A DNA stretch of 64,000 nucleotides from positions 24,118,001 through 24,182,000 of the forward strand of contig NC_043003.1 in NCBI RefSeq assembly GCF_006345805.1. The letters run 5' to 3'. Positions 52,926 through 64,000 of this stretch are shown here, one piece after another. A program made the translations under genes and the position numbers. Position 1 is the first letter of the stretch. Each line of letters starts with the position of its first letter. The notes under the pieces were generated by a model. That model searched no databases and was not told where the DNA came from. It was given only the letters and a program-made list of their open reading frames with translations. Source of the DNA: Octopus sinensis (lineage: Eukaryota).

Positions 52926-53519
52926 CATACATACATACATACATATGTATGTATATATGTATGTATAATGTTAAGTGGGCTTATCATAATAAAGTCTATG
53001 TTTACACTTCAAAATATAATAACACGAAACCAACGAAATTTTAAATGCAGCCCAAAACTAATTAATGTATCTTAGAAAGTATTTCGTAAAGTATTGATTA
53101 CTTTGCAGCGTTTTTGGATTCTTCAGTACAATTTATTCGGTCAGTAGCAGTCATTGCTTGTTGTTGCTATTGTTGTTGTCGTTGTTGTTCTTGTTTTTAT
53201 TGTACTTTTGTTGTTTTTGTACTAGATCATCTTATATGTGGTTTGGAAAAACCTATCGTGAAATATGTTCCTTTGGTGAATCTCTCTCATGTCCTGTTGT
53301 CTCTCAGCTTGTTTTTTTTTTCAATTATCCACGAAGACATTGTCAAATGTATGATTGCACTCTGTTTGAGGAAATACGTTGTAAATATAGGGCGAATATT
53401 TTAACTGTACCTACCGCAATTGTTGCTGCTGCTGCTGCGACTGTTTTGATTCATAGGTGTCGTGTAGGTCTATGATGTTCCAAATATAACTGTCCTGTTT
53501 ATATATACATACATACACA

Positions 53520-53841
<322 letters not shown>

Positions 53842-53842
53842 A

Positions 53843-54138
53843 TTTTAGGGTGTATAAATCCAAACTTACAGGGAAAAAAACCACTATTATGCAATTCAAA
53901 CAATGAAAGACATAAACCAAATCATAAATAAAAAATAGAATATATTTTTAAAACATATAACTAGATCACAAAATGTACAAAAATGAATACACAACTTATT
54001 ACTTATTATGTATTATATATTGTATATTCACTTTTGTACTTTTTGTGATCTAGATATATGTTTAAAAAATATATTTTATCTTTTATTTATGATTTGGTTT
54101 ACGTCTTTCATTCTTTGAATTGCATAATAGTGGTTTTT
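53843..54138 (-). mobile_element. PLE-type terminus with diverged ~119-bp inverted arms (family of 22773)
   Basis: 53876-53994 vs 54020-54138; tccaaacttacagggaaaa is the reverse complement of ttttccctgtaagtttgga at about 23124-23142; TA arrays on both sides. Confidence 0.8.
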
Positions 54139-54182
54139 CACTAATTTATATATATGCATATATATATATATATATATAATAT

Positions 54183-54237
<55 letters not shown>

Positions 54238-55597
54238 CAGTAAAATCTAGGATGGTATGGAATGATTTGAGTAATATTTCTCTGTTATTTCTAGCAGAAC
54301 AGACGTATTGTGGCTTGAAGTATTCTGAAATATTCTGAAGTTGTTACCGCCGTGTTGATGATGGTGGAGGTGTTTTTGATTTTGGCTATAGGCTCCAGTG
54401 CATTCATTTGACCTTTAGTTAAGACTACTTCGTTGCAAGCATTTGGATATGGTCCTCGCTTTGAGGATAACTCTTTTCTTCTTTCTCGTCATTCGTGGAG
54501 ACACAGGAATTATTCATGGATATTATTTCCTTCGTCATAACATAAACAATGAAAAAAATGACTAAATAAATATTTCGACTTTCGAAAATGGCCGCTGACC
54601 AAAATAAGCTAATATTGGTTTTATTTAAACATAGATTTTTTACTTCCGTTTATTTATACATTTATAGTTTATAATAAACATATTCTTTTGATATCCTTGT
54701 TTGACAAGAGATGTTTATGTGAGATCGTTTGTTAAAACTAAAAGTGTTTCATCGTACTATACCCATAGTGGTAAAAGAAAATTTACAAATATTTATATAC
54801 ATACATTTTTATTAATGTCCAATATATGTTATACACACATTTGTTTTATTAATGTTCGGTAATATATTTTCATATCCACGTTTATATCACGCTTCGTTCG
54901 GTTGTATATATTAATATGTACCAAAGACATGTGACTAAAAGATAGCGGATAGAGATGTGCGTTTATTGCTCGTAACATCATAAGTTCAATTTTGGATTTT
55001 GTGACCACCAAGGCTTACCATAGTTAACATAACTGTTATCAGACTCCTTTTAGATCGCGATCTTCTTTATATTTTACAACTGATTTATTACCCTCGCTCC
55101 CCAGTTCTGCAAACTCTGGCCAGCCCTGGTGGTCCTGCTATTCTCCATCCCTTATTTATCTGTCTCTGTACATGCATCCCCTAAACTGGAATGCACTAAT
55201 ATCATCGACTGGGGTCTTTGCCTCGCTTCTCCTCTCTCTTACTTCCCCCTCATTGATGACGGTATACTCAGCCCACGGAATCCATATTCATTCGTTTTGC
55301 TATTCTAGACACAACTGTAAGAGTTTTTGTATTTCTATGTTCTCTATCTAAATGAAATGTTTTTTTTTAAGTGATGCCAAACGGTTAGCTTTTCTATTTT
55401 TATTTTAATCTTTATATTGCTCTTCAAAAAAGAAACACTTATAACCGCTTATGACAATGAGTCTCAAAGACACACGTTCAGTTGAAGTTCAACTGGACTT
55501 TTAGTGGTAAAAGAAATAGAGCACCCATAGAACATACCTATTATTCTAAATCAGTGTGTGTGTGTGTGTATGTGTATATTCTTATATATATATATAT

Positions 55598-55786
55598 TCC
55601 GCCCACGCCGCCGCACTTGCCCCTACCTCTTCAACACCACGATCATCACAGGCACCCATCATGGACCCTATCATATCACCAATTCCTTTACCTGCACTTC
55701 TAGCAACGTCATTTACTGCATCTCTTGCTCTTTCAGCCCTTCTCTGTACATAGGTCAAACGGGACGCCGCTTGGCTAACTTCTTCG
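55598..55786 (+). mobile_element. PLE GIY-YIG endonuclease fragment
   Basis: RRTCPYLFNTTIITG...FTCTSSNVIYCISCSFSPSLYIGQTGRRL contains the VIY-YIG motif with the upstream Cys linker. Confidence 0.85.
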
Positions 55787-56186
55787 TTGATATCCTTCAC
55801 CAACCCTCCATCCCCACCCCACATCCCCCATATCCCTTACCCCTCAACCCACTATCCACCATGCAGCAACACATCCCACTACACGACCACACCACATCAC
55901 ACCATACCACACCACTCCACACTCACAAGCACTGGCCACTTCCCAGCACCCACACCACACACCGTCATCTACACACCCCCACACAATCATTTACACACAA
56001 ATGTGTTTTACTCTCTGGGAGATCTTTATGGTAGTAGAAATGGTATTTTAACTCCTATTTATAAATTCGGGGCGTGGCGAAGCAATTAGCGAATCCCGGA
56101 TTATAATTATGTTTATAATTATAGAATATTTGTGTGTATATATATATATATATATATATACATACATTCACACACACACACACACT

Positions 56187-56233
<47 letters not shown>

Positions 56234-56239
56234 CTTTTA

Positions 56240-58566
56240 CAACCGAACTTCTTCACTACTTCAGGGAGTGACGACCCTGCCTGACACGAGTTCCGGGCTC
56301 AGCTGGCTCCGGCTGACAGTACCCGGTATGGGCCCCTATCCAGGGTTACGGAAAGGCGACAACCTTCAAAGAAATCCGGAGTGGAGCCCCGAAGGCGGTT
56401 TAGTGTTCGACTCGACACTCTTCCAGCTGCTCCTGCAACCAAGCTGGTGCCAAACGTAATGCACTGCACTCCTTTGGACTACATCAGCAAGGTCGAGAGA
56501 GGAGACCTGACGATTGGGCTACCCAGGACTTTCTTATCCCTAGCCCAGGCCTGCGCAAAACAGGAGAGGACACTTCAGTGCTGCTGTAAAAAGCTGCAGA
56601 AACAACACGGGAGGTAACAGTCACGAGTGATAAGTCCATTCAGATTGGCGTAAAATATGGGCGCTACGGGTTACCTCTGACGGTGGGAGGGACCTCCGTG
56701 TCCTATTGGTTAGCTACTGCCTACCTCAAGCTGGGCAGCCCCCAGTTAATAAGGTGCTGACCCGCCACAGGCCGCCTGCTTCATTGGGTGCTTGGAGCTA
56801 AGAGTATGACTTGAAAAGCGGCCTGCAACCTCTGCACCAGGCAAACAACCTAAGTCAAGAAACCACCAGTCCTGCGGTTGGCAAGCTGGAATGTCAAGAC
56901 CATGTGCCCTGGAATATCTGATGATCTACTCAGGGTTGAAGACACAAGGAAAACGGCCATCATTGACCGTGATTAAAGAGGTTCAACATAGACATTGCTG
57001 GGCTACAGGAGACAAGACTTCCCTCAAACGGCAAACTCAAAGAGCAGGATTTCACCTTCTTTTGGCAGGGAAGCGATCCAGAAGAACCTCGTCATCATGG
57101 CGTTGGCTTTGCAGTGAGAAACTCATTACGCTCCTCAATAGAATCGCCATCAGGATGCACTGAGCGTATCCTCTCACTGCGCCTCTCGACTTCTTCTGGC
57201 TCAGTACATCTACTCAGCATCTATGCTCCCACTCACTACAGCTCAGAGGAGACCAAGGACCAGTTCTACAAAGATCTCGACTGTATCATAGAAAATATAC
57301 CAACGACTGAAAATATCTACCTTCTAGGGGATTTTAATGCTCGCGGGGGATTTGACCATAATTCGTGGCCCATTTGTGTTGGACACTTTAGTATTGGCAA
57401 CATGAATGACAATGGTCAGAGACTACTCGAATTCTGCACATACCATAACCTGTGCATCACAAACACATTATTTACCAACAAGCCATCCCACAAGGCATCT
57501 TGGAGACATCCAAGATCTCACCACTGGGATCAGCTGGATCTCATCATTACACGGTGATCCTTTCTGAATTCTTTTCTATTGACCCGCAGTTACCACAGCA
57601 CGGATTGTGACACAGACCACTCACTAATTAGAAGTAGGGTGAGGATTCTGCCTAAAAAAGTCCATTGCTCCAAGAAAGTGGGCCGACCACGCATTAACAC
57701 TGCCAGAACCTTGGACCCTACACTGCGAAAATGTTTTGCTGCTTCTATCAAGGTTGCCCTCAGTAGCTGCCCAACCTCCTCTGCTGAAAGTAGGTGGAAC
57801 TATATCAGGGAAGCTTTGTATACGACATCAATATATACTTTCGGCATGAGAGAAAGGCAAAACCCAGATTGGTTCAATGCTGGGCTCTCAGAGCTGGAGC
57901 CAGTTATCGAAGCAAAGCGTGCAGCTCTGATGCAATACAAGAGTGACTCTTCTACAAAGTCACTCGAAGAACTCAGAAAGGCACGAAATAAAACCCAACT
58001 GACAGCCAGACGCTGTGCAAATAGGTATTGGCAGGAAATCTGTCAGAGTATCCAGTCAGCTGCTGACAGGGGCGACACCCGTGGGATGTATGCCGGTTTG
58101 AAGAAGGCCCTCGGTCCATCCGCAACCAAGTCAGCCCCTCTGAAATCAACTACTGGAGATCTCATCAGGGATCAAAGCAAGCAAATGGATAGATGGGTGG
58201 AGCACTACCAGGATCTCTACTCACGGGAGACTACAGTGGCTGAGGCTGCAGTCGAGAGTGTCAAGATCTTGCCAGTCATGTGCGAACTTGACTGTCCGCC
58301 ATCTATAGCAGTGCTCACCAAGGCTGTTGAGAGGAGAAATGGAAAGACAAGAAAAGACGTCAACAAGAAATTATGGCATTACAACCAGCCAGGAACAGTC
58401 TTCGCTACATTTGCGGTACCTGCCAGAGGGAGTGTTTGTCCTGGATAGGACTACACAGCCACAGCAGGAAATGTATTAGGACATGAAATGTAAAAGCCGG
58501 ACTAGACTACTTTATGCGCAACTCCATTGTCTCCCGAGACAAAAGGATGCCAACAACAACAAACAA
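56240..58566 (+). mobile_element. RTE-clade LINE with 5' UTR, APE endonuclease and intact 3' end, but RT domain deleted
   Basis: LRLASWNVKTM, HGVGFAVRNSL, IYAPT, LGDFNAR, NGQRLLEFC, WRHPRSHHWDQLDLIITR, DTDHSL; after ELDCPP..LTKAV (~58328) it jumps to ICGTCQRECLSWIGLHSHSRKC* and the tail gtctcccgagac..ggatgcc(aac)n. Confidence 0.9.
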
Positions 58567-58571
58567 TATAC

Positions 58572-58628
<57 letters not shown>

Positions 58629-60007
58629 TGTCTGTGTCTGTGTGTGTGTGCAACTGTTTGGGAATAAAGTGTTAGTTGAGTACAGTGTGATATGAAATTA
58701 AATAAATGACAAGATAATAGGTATTACGTACTCAACTTCATTGGCTTACAGTTGTTTCAGCTATTATAAGATGCAGGGCACTCAGAACCGACTGCTTTTG
58801 CATGCATAACCTTATAGTTTCCTCGTTGCTTGTATGAGAACATGCGTGGTGTATGTATGTAAATCTGTGCGTGTGCCCCTTTGAAATCGCTGCCAAGGCT
58901 GGGCCATAATCCAATGACTTAAAAATGTAAAATAGTGAAAAGCGAAATGCGTTTTGCTTGATAATATATCCTTCTTGTTTTATTCATTAATAGAATTACT
59001 GACGTTCGAAATGCACTTTTAAAACAGTTCGTTCTTAATAACTGTTTACTGTTGATGAAAAACTCTTTAATTATTTAGGTTAGTCTTCCTCAAAGTAGTC
59101 GAAATATTGCTTTATTTTTGCAACAAAGAAACAAAAGTCATTTCGCAATAATTTTCAGTTAGCTTTTTCTGTCGATACGTATGTATGTATGTATGTATGT
59201 ATGTATGTATGTATCTATGTATGTATGTATGTATGTATGTATGTATGTATGTATGTATGTATGTATGTGTGTATGTACGTATGTATGTACGTATGTATGT
59301 ATATATATATGTACGTATGTATGTATGTGCGTGTGTGTGTCTGTGCATTGAGTTTTCGCTTAGACTTACCGATATGTGATGGTTCATGTTTTAGTGGTCA
59401 TGATCGTAATAATGATGTATATACATATATACATGCATAATAGATACATGGATGGAGGGAGGGAGGGAAAGAGGAAGAGATTGATAGATAGAATGATAAT
59501 TGGAAACGTAGAGGCGTTGCGTTCTAGAAGAAAACACTTCATTTCACGTTGTTCCATTACATTCCGCTGCAAAAAAAAAGAGAAAAAAAGAGTAATCCTG
59601 CGACCGACATTTGCCTCGTGATTGGGAACGAGACAACGGTCCGTCTGTCAGAAATAAAATCCTTTTCCATTAATAATTGTTTGTCCTAAGTGTCAATTTA
59701 GAGAGCTAAAGAAGTAAATTGTGATAATATTATGCACAAGTACTGCTCCCATACTACAAGCTTGTTAGACAAATTACGCTAATCCTCGAGCACTGGCAAA
59801 ATGACTTACTGTACGTCGATACATCCATTTTTAGTTGAAAGTATTTCTTCTCCAGTATCTAAAATAAAAACTAATCAGATATTAGTATCGATTTAATCGA
59901 TTGTCTGCATCCATTATATTTTATGAGTTTTCCGAAATTTTAGAAGTATATTAAATATACATCACAAGAAATATATGATACCTTAATTTATAATATTTAA
60001 TGAATAT

Positions 60008-61064
60008 AATATATAATATACTGATATAGCAGACGCAGAATGGCCGCATGGTTAAGACTTTGGTTCGCAACCACACATCTTAAGGAAGACGCAAGCATGG
60101 CTGTGTGTAAGCGCTGTTGTGGTTGTGTGGTAAAAAGCTAGCTTCCTAACCACTTGGTTCTAGGTTCAGTCCCACTACGTGACACAGTGCTTCCTAATTG
60201 AGCAAGTGCTTCCTAATATGACACTGAACCGACCAAAGCGTTGTGAGTGAATTTGGTAGATAGAAACTGAAAGAAGGCCATCAAACATGTCTGTGTATTT
60301 GTGTGTCTGTATTAGTGTGTGCTTGTGTATGAGTGTGTGTGAGAGAGAGAGGGGGGGCAGTGTGAAGAAAAGAGACTGACAGAAAAAGCGTGGGTGATAG
60401 AGAGTAGAGTGAGTGAGAGGTAGTGACGGAAAGAGATAGAGAGAAGAGCAAGGTCATAACAAAGACTGAGAAAAAAACGTGAGAGGCTGAGAGACAAAGC
60501 GAAATTGCCCTTCGTCCTACTTGATTTCTAATGCTCATCCCTAATCCTACCACCCCAACATCCCGGATGTTTTCAAACCCGTCAGCTCATTTGCACATGT
60601 GTAGGTGAAACGAACAGATGAAATGAGAAAAGTCTCAACGTGATCGTTTTATACCAGCCAAATGGCTAAAAAATGTCTTTTTCTTACCACGATTCCAGTT
60701 TTCAAAACATTCCCTTCCCCGGCTGTCGGAAAAACAACACTTGCAACACAGAAATAACGAATATTTCAGCACAATTATTTCCGCTTTCTCGTAATCCATT
60801 CCCACAATATATAATATACTGATATAGCAGGCGCAGAATAGCAGCATGGTTAGGATTTTGGTTCGCAACCACACATCTTAAGCGCAGTGTGTAAGCGCTG
60901 TTGTGGTTGTGTGGTAAAAAGCTAGCTTCCTAACCACTTGGTTCAAGGTTCAGTCCCACTACGTGACACAGTGCTTCCTTATTGAGCAAGTGCTTCCTAA
61001 TATGACACTGAACCGACCAAAGCGTTGTGAGGGAATTTGGTAAATAGAAACTGAAAGAAGGCCA
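60008..61064 (+). repeat. Local direct duplication (~260-270 bp) of a rearranged SINE A head plus flank
   Basis: 60008-60280 vs 60806-61064 share the flank aatatataatatactgatatagca and the same internal repeat acagtgcttcct..gagcaagtgcttcct. Confidence 0.85.
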
Positions 61065-61568
61065 ATAGAAGATTTTTTTTTTGCTCTCCCCAACGCTTAT
61101 ATCGTATGTAAGCTATCGAAAGTTATCTGCTAACAAGGATGAGAATGTAAAATTATGATGAAAACCAAACGTATATTTTGCATGGTAAGATTGGAGTTTA
61201 TTCCTGTCAGCGACACTTTTATGTTATGTCTTTCTCAGTTTTTCCCGTATTCCTTATGAGAGAAGGATTATAAGACTATGAGACATTTGGTATAGCTGTT
61301 TGGCGTCGTTGACCAAACCCTAACTTATAATGACAGTAGATGCTTTAACGTTCCCCCCATTCTTTCCCCCACTTGTATATATGTATATATTCCTGCCTGT
61401 ATATATGTGTGCGAGCATATTTCCCTATATGTGTATGAGAGGGAAATGTTTGTCAACCTTGTACAATTATATATTGTAGTGACACTTTCTATTTCTCTCT
61501 CTCTCTCTTTCTCTCTTTCTCTCTCTCTCTTTCTATGTATATTTATTTGCGTGTTTGTGTGTGTGCTT

Positions 61569-61618
<50 letters not shown>

Positions 61619-61964
61619 CGCTCCAGTGACAAAAATAAGTGTCACTAAAACAAGTTCCTTCCGACATTATACAGCACCATCTTCCAATTTCCGGTTTGAG
61701 ATATTGTGTAAAAGCGAAATTTTGAATGTAATCTTACTCCTATAGACTTGCAAAGAATTCATTCTGGCATGAATTAATATATTAATATTTTTATATTAAT
61801 ATTTCAGAAATATAACTTTAAAAACCGTCACAAGCCTCTATATCAATACAACATTTAAAAACTCGTTTACACATTTACAGTTTACCGTTTTCATTTAAGC
61901 GACCTGGTAAGATTTAGAAGCATGGCTCCTATGAATTTACAGGTTGTTTTATGTCAACGTGTTG

Positions 61965-62585
61965 AAATATTGGTTTCGAACTTTTGCAGAACAACTGTAA
62001 TTTCCGGAGAGAGGTAAGTTGATTACATCGACCCCAGTGCTCAACCGGTACTTATCTTGTCGACCCGGAAATGATAAAAGGCAAAGTCGACCTCGGTGGA
62101 ATTTGGACTCGATACGCAAACATGGAAAAAATATCGGTAAGCATTTTGCCCTGCGTACTTATAATTCTGCTATTCCGTCGGCTTTGAATATCTAATATTG
62201 ATTTCATCTTAAAGGCGGCAAAATCGTTAGAACGCTGGGCAAAATACTTCACGGCATTTTGTCCGTCATTACGTTTTGAGGTCAAATTATACCGAGGTCA
62301 ACTTTGCCTTTCATATTTTCAGGGTCGTTTGAGTATCATGGTCAATGTAATGCTGGCTTTGTGCCACAATTTGAAATAAATATTGATTTCATTCTAAGAC
62401 AGCGAGCTGGCAAAATCGTTAGCACGCCGGGTAGAATGCTTAGCGCATTTCATCCCTCTTCAGGTTCTGGGTTCAAATTCTGTCGAGGTCGACTATACCT
62501 TTCATCGCCTGGAGGTCGATAGAATTGGTACCTGTTGTGTAATGGTGTCGATGTCATCGACTTAACCCCTCACCCAAAATTGTTG
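61965..62585. mobile_element. Cluster of three SINE family B copies (one minus, two plus)
   Basis: About 61965-62185 (-), 62210-62390 (+), 62398-62585 (+); each carries the gaggtcgact/gaggtcaact core. Confidence 0.75.
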
Positions 62586-64000
62586 ATTTCATCTTAAACA
62601 AGCAAAACTTCCTCACTGTGAAAGAAACACATTTACAATACATTAATGTAATATATTATTTCTACAGTGTATATAAATGAATTGCTATGACTCAGTACAC
62701 ACTTCCACAGTTAAGTTGAAAAACTAATAATAACTAAGGTATTTGTCATGGGAAAGCGAAACAACGGTAACACGATTCGACATATCGAACACTTCTTCAA
62801 CATTTCAGAGGGTCAACCGTAAGTCAATCGAGTCGGCTATCATATCACTTACGGTTTAGTTTATTCGAAGTCCGCCATGTTGAATACATTCCTGAAATAC
62901 GCCATTCATTTATTGTTTTTATTCCTAAACAATGCGGTTAAGTATTCTTATAGCGGAATGTAAATATGAACGGTCGCGAATTAAAGTGGACAATAATATA
63001 ATATTGACGTGTCTTGATCATACACGAGGACAATTATGGCCGAATGAATCAGTGTGTCTATATTGATACAGCTTTGTTTTGTCGTCGGTTGTGCAATGAC
63101 AGTCAGAATAGAGCTTAACATTATACGAACAGCGACAAAAACTCTAGAGAAATAAATACTGTTAAACAAACTAGTCAGATTCTCTCTTCTTGTCGGCAAC
63201 AAGGCGGCGGCGAATGGCAGAATTTTGTGCTATATTTTTTCTGGTTCACCGCGTTCCGAATTCGATTCCTGGCAATCTCCTCTTCGCCTTTCATCCAATC
63301 GGAGTTTATCAGCAAAATACCAATGTAGCCCCGAAGTCGATTTTTCACACTTAATCTAGTTTCTGTTTCTCTCTCCTAAACTCTTCTTTCTGTTTCTTTC
63401 TTTCATTCTTATGTCCCTATCACTCATTCTTAGGTTCGTCTTTAGTACTCTTCTCTCTGTAACTGTCACTCTCTCACGAATTTCTTTTTTTTCTTTCAAT
63501 CTTCTTTATGTCTGTCTTTCGCTTTTCTCTCTCTTTCCATCACTGACTCCTCTCTCTGTCACTCATTAACTTACTCTACTCTATGTCTCTCATGCTTTTG
63601 TTTTCCCTGCCTCTCTCACATTTCTCTCTCCCTCTCTCTCCCTCTCTCTCTCTGTTTCTGTATTATGTGCGTAATTAAATTTCTTTCCCTGTCAAGCTGT
63701 CTGATAGAGGGAATTATATTAACTACACGTATCTGTGGAATACTCAGCCACTCACTCGTTAATTTCAAAAATAAGAATTGAGGATCGAACAGGCTATCAT
63801 AGAAACCAAAGGAGATAGCGTATCGTGGAGATCAAAGGAGAATTCACCTCCACTATTTCTACCGACCTTTCTGCTGTGAATCAAAAGAGCAAATAGCAAA
63901 TCATTCGACATGGTAGAAAAGGCAACCAGCCGTCTCCTAAATCACACTAGTGAGAGAACACATTGGACAATATAGCTTAAAGCAAACAGAGGGAAAGTTC

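Overview
This is eukaryotic, AT-rich, non-coding DNA packed with microsatellites ((TA)n, (CA)n, (TATG)n, (GATA)n) and interspersed repeats. The repeat landscape resembles octopus/cephalopod genomic DNA (inference from repeat content only). I found no intact protein-coding gene; almost all listed ORFs are read-through of microsatellites. Supported content: about 30 tRNA-derived SINE copies in four families; an RTE-clade LINE whose RT domain is deleted; a Tx1/L1-like LINE 3' end embedded in (GATA)n; two Tc1/mariner remnants, one a head-to-head foldback of two 3' ends; a palindromic MITE; Penelope-like element (PLE) RT and GIY-YIG fragments; several local duplications; and possible decayed GPCR-like coding relics. 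The main hidden signal is a dense set of type I hammerhead ribozyme (HHR) motifs: 2 fully canonical, 3 near-canonical and about 8 decayed. They have short, self-complementary stem III sequences that differ between families. They sit in PLE-type termini whose 3' ends mostly abut (TA)n, and these termini form long inverted or tandem repeats, several with a boundary inside the ribozyme. All folds were paired by eye and not computed. Coordinates of decayed repeats are approximate.
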